Program-made: the position numbers and the translations under genes
Shown here: positions 47,285 to 56,320 of the stretch, one piece after another
How the letters are laid out: every line of letters begins with the position of its first letter
How positions within the stretch are numbered: the stretch's first letter is position 1
The notes under the pieces: generated by a model
Seen by the model: only the letters and a program-made list of their open reading frames with translations
What the model was told of the DNA's origin: nothing
Database searches by the model: none
NCBI GenBank assembly: GCA_949289065.1
Contig: CASEMA010000007.1
Location: 14,967-78,966 of the forward strand
Length of the DNA: 64,000 nucleotides
Origin: an uncultured Eubacteriales bacterium
GTDB lineage: Bacteria > Bacillota > Clostridia > Lachnospirales > Lachnospiraceae
Reading direction: 5' to 3'

Positions 47285-48072
47285 TTTTTGATACACATGC
47301 ACATTATGATGACAGGAAGTTTAATAAGGACAGAGATGAATTGATGAAGCAGCTTCGGGCCGCAGGCATTGAACGGATTGTGGATATCGGAGCGGATATA
47401 GAATCTACCCGGCGGGCGGTGGATCTGGCAAAACAGTATGATTTCATTTACGCGGCAGCGGGCGTTCATCCAAGCGATGTGGATTGTCTGGATGAGCGGA
47501 GCTTTCAGTGGCTGACATGTCTGGTGGAGGAATCTGTTGAAGAAAAGGGAAAAATTGTGGCTGTCGGAGAGATCGGGCTGGACTATTATTGGGAAAAAGC
47601 TCCGGAACGGCGTAAGCAGCAGAAATACTGGTTTGAGCAGCAGATGGAGCTGGCACGGAAAACCGGGCTTCCGGTAGTCATCCATTCGCGGGAAGCGGCA
47701 AAGGATACATGGGATATGATGGATGGACTAAAATGCGAAGATATCGGCGGCGTCGTTCACTGCTATTCCTATTCGGTGGAAATGGCCCGCAATTATTTGA
47801 ATAAAGGTTTTTATCTTGGAATTGGCGGCGTCGTCACCTATAAAAATGCCAGAGTCCTTAAAGAAGTGGTACAGTATGCGCCGATGGATCGAATCGTTTT
47901 GGAAACGGACTGTCCTTATCTGTCGCCGGAGCCGAATCGGGGAAAACGCAATAGCTCCCTTAATCTGACCTATGTCATTGAAGCAATTTCACAATTGAAG
48001 GGAATTCCGGCAGATGAAGTTGAGGCTGTGACATGGGAAAATGGAAAGAGCCTGTATCGGATGTCCGAGTAA
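47281..48072 (+). CDS. tatD: TatD-family nuclease
   Basis: DTHAH, GVHP, VGEIGLDY, IHSRE, GVVHC, LETDCPYL.P.P.RGKRN. Confidence 0.92.
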   Translation: MIFDTHAHYDDRKFNKDRDELMKQLRAAGIERIVDIGADIESTRRAVDLAKQYDFIYAAAGVHPSDVDCLDERSFQWLTCLVEESVEEKGKIVAVGEIGLDYYWEKAPERRKQQKYWFEQQMELARKTGLPVVIHSREAAKDTWDMMDGLKCEDIGGVVHCYSYSVEMARNYLNKGFYLGIGGVVTYKNARVLKEVVQYAPMDRIVLETDCPYLSPEPNRGKRNSSLNLTYVIEAISQLKGIPADEVEAVTWENGKSLYRMSE

Positions 48073-48125
48073 GCCTTCGAAATTAATATTTTCTTAGGAA
48101 TTAAATCATCGAATCTTAAAGTGTC

Positions 48126-48169
48126 ATCAGCCTCTTTTCAGTACAATGAGTATTGAAAAGGAGGCTGAT
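48126..48169 (+). promoter_or_regulatory. Hairpin occluding the vanY-like Shine-Dalgarno sequence
   Basis: 19-pair stem (one bulge, one G-U) pairs CCTCTT with AAGGAGG (48158-48164); TACAAT at 48142. Confidence 0.55.
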
Positions 48170-48174
48170 ATATT

Positions 48175-48879
48175 ATGAGCAGAAGATTAGGCACCTATAT
48201 GATGCTAGTGCTGTCCGCTTTATTGATCGTTGTCGGATTGAAGCTGGTTATCGACAATTGGACAGTTGGAGTGGCCAGGCAGTCTTTCTTTCCGGGAACA
48301 TCGGGAGTGTCTCAGGCCGGAGACGCGGAGGCGGATGACTGGCAGCTTCTTTTGGTAAATCAGTGGAATTCTCTTCCTGACGGATATGCACCGGAATTGA
48401 CAGAGCTTTGGAACGGAGAATCGGTGGACAGCAGGATTTACCCGGATCTGCAGGAAATGTTCGATGACGCGAGAGCCGTTGGCCTCAATCCTTATGTAAA
48501 TTCCGGTTACAGGACAGCTCAGGTACAGCAGTCGCTGATGGACGAGGAAATAAATGATTATATGGTCCAGGGCTACTCCGAAGCCGAGGCCCGCCGCCTG
48601 GCTGAACAGTGGGTGGCCGTGCCGGGAACGAGCGAGCACCAGCTTGGACTGGCAGTGGATATCAGTATGGAAGATACGGCCACCCAGACGACATCGGATA
48701 TGTGGCAGTGGCTGATGAAAAACAGCTATAAGTATGGTTTCATTCTCAGGTATCCGGAAGATAAAACAGACATCACCGGAATCAGCTATGAACCGTGGCA
48801 TTATAGATATGTGGGCAGAGAGGCCGCCGAAGAAATCTACCGGAGCGGTCTCTGCCTGGAAGAGTATTTAAGTAAATGA
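48175..48879 (+). CDS. vanY: VanY-like D,D-carboxypeptidase (M15B)
   Basis: N-terminal TM; SGYRT, PGTSEHQLGLAVD (SxHxxGxAxD), YEPWHYRYVG. Confidence 0.85.
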   Translation: MSRRLGTYMMLVLSALLIVVGLKLVIDNWTVGVARQSFFPGTSGVSQAGDAEADDWQLLLVNQWNSLPDGYAPELTELWNGESVDSRIYPDLQEMFDDARAVGLNPYVNSGYRTAQVQQSLMDEEINDYMVQGYSEAEARRLAEQWVAVPGTSEHQLGLAVDISMEDTATQTTSDMWQWLMKNSYKYGFILRYPEDKTDITGISYEPWHYRYVGREAAEEIYRSGLCLEEYLSK

Positions 48880-48886
48880 GAAGTTT

Positions 48887-50080
48887 TTAATTTGCAAAAT
48901 GTACCTTAATGTTCACGACTTCGCTTTTTGTGCCGACGCGCATATTCGGGCCGAAGAGGCCGACGCCGGAGGTGACGATGCTCTGCATAGTTCCCTTCTT
49001 TAAATATCCGGCCGGATTTTCCCAGATAAGCCTGCATAGAAGGTTGGAAGGGAAGGTTTGGCCGTCATGGGTATGGCCGCACAGATGTAGGTCGAAGCCC
49101 GCGTCGGCAGCTTCCTGGAGGAATTTCGGCTCATGTTCCATAACGATGACCGGTTTGCTGCTGTCAAGTTCTTCCATAATTTCCTGGGGTGTTTTTCGGA
49201 TATCCACGCCCCGGCCGGGGCGTTCTTCGTCGGCTCGGCCCACAAGATAAAAGGAATCATCGATGAGGAGAGTCTCTTCGGTGATCAGCCGGATGCCGGC
49301 GCGCTCAAGGAACTCATCCATCCGCGGGTCGCTGACTTTTTTCCGGTCCGAAGGAAAGGTGAAGCCGGCTAGGATTTTTTCATCGCAATCGTGGTTACCG
49401 TAAACGGCGTAGGTCCCATACTTGCTTTGAATCCGGGATAGGATGCGTATTAGTTCTTCCGGATTTCCCATGGCGTCATAATCATTATCAAATATATCCC
49501 CCGCAATTAAAACAATGTCCGGATTCTGAGCATTGATTTTTTCAACCATCTGACGTATCATCCGCGGTCCGACCGTATACCCAAGGTGCAGGTCGGCTAC
49601 AAGAGCAATGTTTAATTCTTCCAGCTTTCCCCCGCCCTTGTCGAGTGTTATTTCGTAGGATGTACTGTGGACGTGGGTGGCGCTGACAATCCCCCATATA
49701 CAGAAAAACAAAATAGCGGCGAAACAGACGAAACCAGCGGCGATAAAGGCCTTTTCAGATGCCGGCGAAGGGGCGGGAAGGATATGGGTAAAACGCAGGA
49801 TGAGTCGCACGATTTCAGCCACGCCTAAAACAATAAGCACATATAAAAGAATTCCGAGCCAATAGGTGCCGATGCAGGCAATAATTCTTTGCAGCGGCGA
49901 ATGGGGCAGAATAAAAGCCAGTCCGATGGACAGGGCGAAAAACGCATAGATTATAATAAAAGATAAACGAAAGCAGGTCCGTCCGGTATGGGCCGAACAG
50001 GCAGAGAGCCATTGGAGAACCCGGAAGCATATGTAAATATTTCCTATAAGATAAAGTGGTGATAAATATAATGCGATCAT
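48887..50080 (-). CDS. Membrane-bound metallophosphoesterase (YkuE-like)
   Basis: N-terminal TMs; DLH, GDIFD, GNHD, HEP, GHTHDGQ. Confidence 0.88.
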   Translation of the reverse strand: MIALYLSPLYLIGNIYICFRVLQWLSACSAHTGRTCFRLSFIIIYAFFALSIGLAFILPHSPLQRIIACIGTYWLGILLYVLIVLGVAEIVRLILRFTHILPAPSPASEKAFIAAGFVCFAAILFFCIWGIVSATHVHSTSYEITLDKGGGKLEELNIALVADLHLGYTVGPRMIRQMVEKINAQNPDIVLIAGDIFDNDYDAMGNPEELIRILSRIQSKYGTYAVYGNHDCDEKILAGFTFPSDRKKVSDPRMDEFLERAGIRLITEETLLIDDSFYLVGRADEERPGRGVDIRKTPQEIMEELDSSKPVIVMEHEPKFLQEAADAGFDLHLCGHTHDGQTFPSNLLCRLIWENPAGYLKKGTMQSIVTSGVGLFGPNMRVGTKSEVVNIKVHFAN

Positions 50081-50255
50081 AGTAAGTATTCCTTTTTTAA
50101 GCTATCAACTGTTTACAATTTATTAGTATAGCACAATTAAATCCAGGAGTACAGGACAGAGTAAGCCTTTAAACGACCATAATCATGCAGGTTGACAATT
50201 GTTGTCCGGGACGATAAACTGTTAAAAAGCGTGGAAAAATAAAAAGGAGTTTTAC

Positions 50256-51128
50256 ATGGAAAAATTATCAAATCCCCAGAGGACGATAGAGACGATAAAA
50301 AAATATCAGTTTAATTTTCAAAAAAAATTCGGACAGAATTTCCTCATCGACGATCATGTGATTTCTAAAATCATTAACGGCGCCCAGGTGACAAAGGCGG
50401 ATTTTGTGTTGGAAATTGGTCCGGGGATCGGGACGATGACCCAGTATCTGGCGGAGGCAGCTAGGGAGGTGGCGGCGGTTGAGATTGATCGGAAGCTCAT
50501 ACCGATTCTGCAGGAAACCCTGGCAGAGTATGACAATGTAACGATTATTAATGAAGATATATTGAAGGTGGATATCCGGGCCTTGGCCATGGAAAAAAAT
50601 GAGGGAAGGCCGATCAAGGTTGTGGCAAATCTCCCCTATTATATAACAACACCGATTATTATGGGACTTTTTGAGAGCCATGTGCCGATTGCTAACATTA
50701 CGGTAATGGTTCAGAAGGAAGTGGCGGACCGGATGAAGGTCGGACCGGGGAGTAAAGAGTACGGCGCCCTTTCGCTGGCCGTTCAATATTATGCCAGTCC
50801 CTATCTGGTGGCCAATGTCCCGGCAAATTGTTTCATACCAAGACCAAATGTGGATTCGGCGGTAATTCGGCTGACCCGGCATAAAACGCCGACGGTATCT
50901 GTGGATAATGAGGAACTGCTTTTTAATATGATTCGGGCATCATTTAACCAGAGAAGAAAGACGCTGCAGAATGGATTGAAAAATTCCAACCTGATCCCGG
51001 CGGCGAAAGAGGATATCGCAGACGCGATTCGGGAAGCAGGGCTTTCGGAGACGATTCGCGGCGAGACGCTGACATTGGAGCAGTTTGCCGCACTGGCAAA
51101 TATATTAAACAAAAAGTTGAATTCATAA
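50256..51128 (+). CDS. rsmA: 16S rRNA adenine dimethyltransferase
   Basis: KKFGQNFL, EIGPGIG, VVANLPYYITTPI, F.PRPNVDS, FNQRRKTL. Confidence 0.96.
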   Translation: MEKLSNPQRTIETIKKYQFNFQKKFGQNFLIDDHVISKIINGAQVTKADFVLEIGPGIGTMTQYLAEAAREVAAVEIDRKLIPILQETLAEYDNVTIINEDILKVDIRALAMEKNEGRPIKVVANLPYYITTPIIMGLFESHVPIANITVMVQKEVADRMKVGPGSKEYGALSLAVQYYASPYLVANVPANCFIPRPNVDSAVIRLTRHKTPTVSVDNEELLFNMIRASFNQRRKTLQNGLKNSNLIPAAKEDIADAIREAGLSETIRGETLTLEQFAALANILNKKLNS

Positions 51129-51138
51129 AAAATTATAG

Positions 51139-51167
51139 AAATATTCCTCCGGCTTGGCGCATAGGAT
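51139..51167 (+). promoter_or_regulatory. Possible SigE-type sporulation promoter
   Basis: AAATATT-14-CATAGGAT just upstream of the RBS for ATG 51190. Confidence 0.45.
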
Positions 51168-51189
51168 AGTCAAAAAGGAGGATTTTTCT

Positions 51190-52158
51190 ATGTCGGATTA
51201 CAGTCGTTTTATTTCCTATATGTATCTCTATGAAAATGCCATGAAAACCATGAATGCCGGTTTTGTTAAGGTGGAGAGCCGGAATGGTCAATGCCGCATC
51301 AGTTTATCCTTAAAAAATGTCTATACGGGCTTGGAACGTTGTCAGGTATATATGTTTATACGGTTTGGACAGGATTTAAGAGGCGTATACATCGGGGATG
51401 TTCGGATAAAAAATCATGGGAGCGAATGGAATTTCAAGACGGATACAAAGGATATTGCCGGTTCCGGGTACCGCCTGGATCAGATGTCCGGCATGATCAT
51501 CCGGGGTGAAGGTGAAAAATTCTATGGGACACGATGGGATCATGGGGATTTGGATATTCGACGGTTTGTAACTCAGTGGGATGAGGAGGCGAGGCCGGAG
51601 CCTGTGGATATTGAAATGGCGGAACCGGCCGCGAACATAGAGGCGGCAGCCATTGAAGCGGCGGACATAGAGACGGTGGCTATTGAAGCGGCGGCCATTG
51701 AAGCGGCGAAGCCGGATGCGGAAATAGAAACTGTCGGGGCCGCCGGGACCGAGGCAGAAGCAGCAGGAATCAGAGAAACGCCTGAAACGGATGAACGGCG
51801 GCGGAATTTTGGTAAAATTTTTGACCAGTGTCCGGGAATGTATCCTTTTGAAGATGATTCGGTGGAGACCTGTGTCCGTCTGGAACCCCAGGATATCGGA
51901 AGAATGCCCATCGACTGTTGGTCTTACGGAAGCAACAGTTTTTTGCTCCATGGCTATTACAGTTACAGACATTTGATTCTGGCAAGACTGAAACCGGAGA
52001 CGGAAAGCAATGGCGCTTATATTTTGGGAGTGCCTGGAACAAGACATTCCAGAGAAGCATTTATGGCGAACATGTTTGGGTTTCGGGAATTTAAGCCGAT
52101 TCGGGAAAGAAATGGCGAAAGCAGCGATTTTGGATACTGGTACACATTTTTGGCCTGA
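51190..52158 (+). CDS. Conserved clostridial hypothetical protein (DUF6128-like) with acidic Ala-rich linker
   Basis: RFISYMYLYE...GFVKVE N-terminus; NSFLLHGYYSYRHLIL...YILGVPG...MFGF C-terminus. Confidence 0.6.
   Translation: MSDYSRFISYMYLYENAMKTMNAGFVKVESRNGQCRISLSLKNVYTGLERCQVYMFIRFGQDLRGVYIGDVRIKNHGSEWNFKTDTKDIAGSGYRLDQMSGMIIRGEGEKFYGTRWDHGDLDIRRFVTQWDEEARPEPVDIEMAEPAANIEAAAIEAADIETVAIEAAAIEAAKPDAEIETVGAAGTEAEAAGIRETPETDERRRNFGKIFDQCPGMYPFEDDSVETCVRLEPQDIGRMPIDCWSYGSNSFLLHGYYSYRHLILARLKPETESNGAYILGVPGTRHSREAFMANMFGFREFKPIRERNGESSDFGYWYTFLA
51636..51710 (+). repeat. Five 15-nt tandem repeats encoding IE(A/T)(A/V)x
   Basis: catagaggcggcagc / cattgaagcggcgga / catagagacggtggc / tattgaagcggcggc / cattgaagcggcgaa. 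Confidence 0.8.
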
Positions 52159-52247
52159 CAGAAAGATTTTTTGAGAAAGGAAATATTAAGTTTTTTTACG
52201 GGCAGTATTATGATATACTAAAGAAAAAATGTAGTGGGAGGTTCTAT

Positions 52248-52931
52248 ATGCAGTACAAAGTATTTGGTCATCCATTTCCGGCTGTATCAATCCGGATGAA
52301 TCGGGGAGAGAGCGTCTATACCCAATCCGGAGGTATGAGCTGGATGACGGACAGTATTTCCATGACGACAAATACCCATGGCGGGTTGATGAAAGGTTTG
52401 GGCCGGATGTTTTCGGGAGATTCTCTTTTTATGGCAACGTACACGGCGGAACGGGATGAACAGGAGATTACCATGGCGTCATCGATGCCTGGAGAGATTC
52501 ATGCGTTGGAGATTTCGCCTGGGAATACATATATTGCACAGAAGGGCGCGTTTCTCTGCGCTCAACATAGCGTGGAACTGGACGCGGTGTTGACTAAGAA
52601 AATATCCAGCGGTATGTTTGGCGGAGAGGGTTTTGTCCTTCAGCGTCTTTCCGGAAGTGGGATGGCATTTCTCGAATTGGATGGAACTGTGTGTGAGTAT
52701 GAATTGGCTCCGGGTCAGCGGATGAAAATTGATTCAGGTAACGTGGCTTATTTTGAAGAAAGAGTGAAATACTCTGTCGAGATGGTGAAGGGATTTTCAA
52801 ATATTTTCTTCGGCGGTGAAGGCCTTTTTCTGACGGTTCTCGAAGGACCGGGAAAAGTATGGCTTCAGACGATGACGGCTGCGGAGCTGGCAAGTAAAAT
52901 CATTCCTTATATACCGACGTCGGGTAAGTAA
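52248..52931 (+). CDS. TIGR00266/AIM24-family protein
   Basis: GESVYTQSGGMSWM, GRMFSGDSLF, FGGEGF, G.GKVWLQT. Confidence 0.88.
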   Translation: MQYKVFGHPFPAVSIRMNRGESVYTQSGGMSWMTDSISMTTNTHGGLMKGLGRMFSGDSLFMATYTAERDEQEITMASSMPGEIHALEISPGNTYIAQKGAFLCAQHSVELDAVLTKKISSGMFGGEGFVLQRLSGSGMAFLELDGTVCEYELAPGQRMKIDSGNVAYFEERVKYSVEMVKGFSNIFFGGEGLFLTVLEGPGKVWLQTMTAAELASKIIPYIPTSGK

Positions 52932-52944
52932 ACAGGCGTAAATT

Positions 52945-52992
52945 AAAAGGAAAACCATTCGGACAGATACCTGAGCCGATGGTTTTCCTTTT
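52945..52992. terminator. Bidirectional terminator
   Basis: AAAAGGAAAACCAT...ATGGTTTTCCTTTT. Confidence 0.8.
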
Positions 52993-53562
52993 TTAAAATT
53001 TATAAGGCGATGTGGAAATAATGAGCATTTTTGCGTCCGCATCGGAGCTGTTTGTCCAGCGATGGCCCACATAATTCGGATAGTACAGGGTGTCGTATTT
53101 TTCCAACGTGTAGACCTGATAATTTTCAAGTTCAAAACGAATACATCCTTCCAGCATAAAGACGAGTTCTTCGCCGCCATGGTGGGCAAAGGTGCCCGAA
53201 TCGGAATGGGCGGGAATATCGATGATGGCGCCCCACATTTCATTTCTTCCCTGAGTGATCAATGATTCGACGAGGGCCTTGCCGTTGCTGATATTTCGGA
53301 TAAATGTCTGCTGTTCGTTATGACGGACAAGGCGAACGTTTGTTATTTCATCGTCTATGAAGAGTGAAAAGACCGGAAGGTCCAGAGCGTTGCACAAAGA
53401 TTTCAGCGTAAGCAGATTGGGGGAGGTTTTCCCTGTTTCAATTTGGCTGATGGTACTTGCCGCCACATCCGAACGGGCGGACAAATCCCGAATAGACAGA
53501 TTCTTTTCGATACGTCGGTTTCTTAATATATTTCCAATTTTGTTTAAATCAATATCGGACAT
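52993..53562 (-). CDS. XRE-cupin transcriptional regulator
   Basis: SIRDLSARSDVAASTISQIETGKTSP; HHGGEE..FMLEG...LYY..H.W.N. Confidence 0.9.
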   Translation of the reverse strand: MSDIDLNKIGNILRNRRIEKNLSIRDLSARSDVAASTISQIETGKTSPNLLTLKSLCNALDLPVFSLFIDDEITNVRLVRHNEQQTFIRNISNGKALVESLITQGRNEMWGAIIDIPAHSDSGTFAHHGGEELVFMLEGCIRFELENYQVYTLEKYDTLYYPNYVGHRWTNSSDADAKMLIISTSPYKF

Positions 53563-53650
53563 GAGGCGCCTCCTTTTCTGATTTGGTATTATATAGAAAA
53601 AACAGAATTTCGTCAAATACAAATTTCAACTTTTTTCAACATAAGGGCGA

Positions 53651-53679
53651 TTGACAAAACGAACATAATTCGTTATAAT
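53651..53679 (+). promoter_or_regulatory. Consensus SigA promoter with a palindrome in the spacer
   Basis: TTGACA-17-TATAAT; AACGAA-CATAA-TTCGTT at 53658-53674. Confidence 0.8.
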
Positions 53680-53713
53680 GAACGCAGTTTAGCAGAGGAG
53701 ATGGTATATTTCT

Positions 53714-55081
53714 ATGAAAACATTGTTGAAAAATGCGCTTGTTGTTACTATGAACGCCAACGAAGAAGTGTACTCTGAGGGCAGTGTTCTTGTGGAGGAC
53801 GACAAAATCAGTAAAATCGGACATTTTGAATTAAAGGAGGATGTGGATGAGGTTATTGACTGTAAAGGCAAGATTATTATGCCCGGCCTTGTCAATACCC
53901 ATGTACATACGTCGCAGCAGCTTGGACGGGGATTGGGGGACGACGTGAATCTGCTGACATGGCTGCATGACCGCATTTGGCCATATGAAAGCAATATGAC
54001 AGAAGAAGATTCCTATGTTTCCACCTTGGCCTGTTGTCTTGAACAGATTAAATGCGGCTGTACAGCCTTTGCCGAGCCAGGCGGACAGCATGTTTCCGGC
54101 ATGGTTCGAGGCGTGGCGCAAGCCGGCGTCCGTGCAAAGCTGGCAAAATCCGTTATGGACTGCGGCGAGGGCCTTCCGAAAGTATGGCAGAAAACAACGG
54201 AGGAAGAGCTGGATAAGCAGGAGGAAGATTTAAAGAAATTTCATAATACCCATGACGGCCGCGTTCAGGTATGGTTTGGTCTGAGAACTATTTTCAACTG
54301 TACCGACGAGCTGATCGTCCGCTCGAAGGAGCTGGCGGATAAATACAATGTGGGCGTTCATATGCACGTGGCCGAAGTTAAAGATGAAGTGGAATATATG
54401 CAGGCTACCAGAGGCGAATGGACCGTTACTCATCTGAATAGGTTGGGTGTTCTGGATAAAAACTTTCTTGCCGTGCATACCGTATGGCTGACAAACGAGG
54501 AAGTTGAGATGTTCCGCGACCATCAGGTAAAAGTTTCTCACAATCCGGCCGCGGCAATGCGTGTTCTTGGTTTTGCAAAGGTACCACGGATGCTTCGCGA
54601 GGGCATCTGTGTAACGATTGGTACCGACGGCGCGCCGTCCAACAACCGTATGGATATGGTCGATGAAATGTATCTGACATCCCTCATTCACAAGGGATGG
54701 CGTCTGGAGCCAGACGTTGTGAAGGCCCAGGAAATCCTGCGCATGGCGACCATCAACGGCGCAAAAGCCCTGATGGACGAGGAGCTTTACGGCTCTCTTG
54801 AGGTTGGCAAAAAAGCCGATTTGATCGTTATTAATCCGGATTCGGCCGGTATGCTGCCGCTGCATGATCCGGTGGCTAATCTGGTATCTTCCATGCATTC
54901 ATCCAATGTGGAAAGCACCATGTGCGACGGTAAATGGCTGATGAAAGACCGCATCGTTCTTTCTTTAAATGAGGAAGAGGTGCTGGCGGCAGCCAAAGAA
55001 CATGCGGCGGCCATTCGTTCCCGCGCCGGTATTGAACTTCCGAATCGTTTTCCGGTAGTCTATCCGATGTCTTCTAAATAG
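53714..55081 (+). CDS. Metal-dependent amidohydrolase/deaminase (MTA/SAH deaminase, SsnA/AtzA-like superfamily)
   Basis: PGLVNTHVH, HMHVAE, AVHTVW, GTDGAPSNN, GSLEVGKKAD. Confidence 0.88.
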   Translation: MKTLLKNALVVTMNANEEVYSEGSVLVEDDKISKIGHFELKEDVDEVIDCKGKIIMPGLVNTHVHTSQQLGRGLGDDVNLLTWLHDRIWPYESNMTEEDSYVSTLACCLEQIKCGCTAFAEPGGQHVSGMVRGVAQAGVRAKLAKSVMDCGEGLPKVWQKTTEEELDKQEEDLKKFHNTHDGRVQVWFGLRTIFNCTDELIVRSKELADKYNVGVHMHVAEVKDEVEYMQATRGEWTVTHLNRLGVLDKNFLAVHTVWLTNEEVEMFRDHQVKVSHNPAAAMRVLGFAKVPRMLREGICVTIGTDGAPSNNRMDMVDEMYLTSLIHKGWRLEPDVVKAQEILRMATINGAKALMDEELYGSLEVGKKADLIVINPDSAGMLPLHDPVANLVSSMHSSNVESTMCDGKWLMKDRIVLSLNEEEVLAAAKEHAAAIRSRAGIELPNRFPVVYPMSSK

Positions 55082-55144
55082 TCATTTATATTTACATTAA
55101 TATAAAATGAAGTAATCACTAAAAGGGTAAAGGAGATTGAAACA

Positions 55145-56224
55145 ATGAAAAAACTTGTGGCAATGGCATTGAGCCTGACACTGGCTGTTTCCATGCTGAC
55201 AGCATGTGGCGGCACAAAGGAAACAAAAGCAGAGACGAGTGCAGAAACAACTGCGGAGACAGGTGCAGAAACAACTGCAGAGACAGGCGGCGAAACGACG
55301 GCCGCAGCAGATGGCGAGAGCCTGAAGGTTGCCCTGTGCGTAACCGGTGCGGTAAACGATATGGGATTCTGCCAGTCCGCTTATGAAGGTCTTCAGTTAC
55401 TTGAAGAAAAGTATGGCGCTGAAATCGCTTATACAGAAAATCTTCAGGCGGCAGATATGGCCGCAGCATTCACAGATTATGCGGCAAACGGTTATGATAT
55501 CGTTATCGGACATGGTTTCCAGTTTGGTGATCCGGCCCTCGAAGTCGGCGCTCAGTATCCAGATACGACATTTATCTGTACAGAAGCAGCCGCAGCCTCT
55601 GACAATGTGGCTTCTTATGTTATGAGCTGCGAACAGGGCGGTTATATTGAAGGTATGCTTGCGGCAAGCATGACAAAATCCAATAAGATTGGATTCATCG
55701 GACCGATCGAAGGCGCTTCCCTCATCAAGATCATGAATGGTTTTGAGGACGGCGCAAAATCGATTAACCCGGATATCGAAGTACAGACGGCATGGACAGG
55801 CAGCTTCACAGATACAGCTCTGGCAAAAGAAGCGGCTCAGGCGATGATCGACAGTGGCGTTGACTTTATTGCCCATGATGCAAATGAATGCGGTAACGGC
55901 GCGATTGCGGCAGCCCAGGAAGCCGGTATCTATGCGACAGGCGATTCCTATGACCAGCATGAACTCGCTCCGGAAACTGTACTTACATCTTCCATGTACA
56001 ATGTGCCATTAGTTATTGAATCCGCTTATCTGGACGTTGTGAACGGAACATTCAAAGGCGAAGTGAAGTATCTGGGAATGGCAGAGGGCGTTGTTGAGAT
56101 GGCTCCATACTATGATATGGAAAGCGTTATCCCTGAAGACGTTCGCACGATGATCGACGAGAAGATTGAAGCGATTAAATCCGGTGAATTTGTTGTACCG
56201 CTGGATGAAAATATTAGAAACTAA
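55145..56224 (+). CDS. BMP-family (nucleoside-type) ABC substrate-binding lipoprotein
   Basis: Lipobox LTAC; G.VND.GF.QSAYEG, IVIGHGFQF, SNKIGFIG, F.DGAK..NP.I.V. Confidence 0.88.
   Translation: MKKLVAMALSLTLAVSMLTACGGTKETKAETSAETTAETGAETTAETGGETTAAADGESLKVALCVTGAVNDMGFCQSAYEGLQLLEEKYGAEIAYTENLQAADMAAAFTDYAANGYDIVIGHGFQFGDPALEVGAQYPDTTFICTEAAAASDNVASYVMSCEQGGYIEGMLAASMTKSNKIGFIGPIEGASLIKIMNGFEDGAKSINPDIEVQTAWTGSFTDTALAKEAAQAMIDSGVDFIAHDANECGNGAIAAAQEAGIYATGDSYDQHELAPETVLTSSMYNVPLVIESAYLDVVNGTFKGEVKYLGMAEGVVEMAPYYDMESVIPEDVRTMIDEKIEAIKSGEFVVPLDENIRN
55229..55300 (+). repeat. Six 12-nt repeats encoding (A/G)ET(S/T/G) linker
   Basis: gcagagacgagt gcagaaacaact gcggagacaggt gcagaaacaact gcagagacaggc ggcgaaacgacg. 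Confidence 0.8.
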
Positions 56225-56320
56225 TTCTAAAAAGATATAAAAACAGACAAAAAGGGACGTACTGGCTTTGGTCGGGACGTCCCATGTCTGGTTAATTGAA
56301 GACGTTGAAGGAGAAGGATT

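Noticed and set aside
51636-51710. CRISPR-like array in the tandem repeats here and at 55229-55300
   Set aside because: In-frame coding repeats without unique spacers or cas genes.
53680-53713. Purine riboswitch ahead of the nucleoside importer operon
   Set aside because: Only about 30 nt between the -10 box and the start codon.
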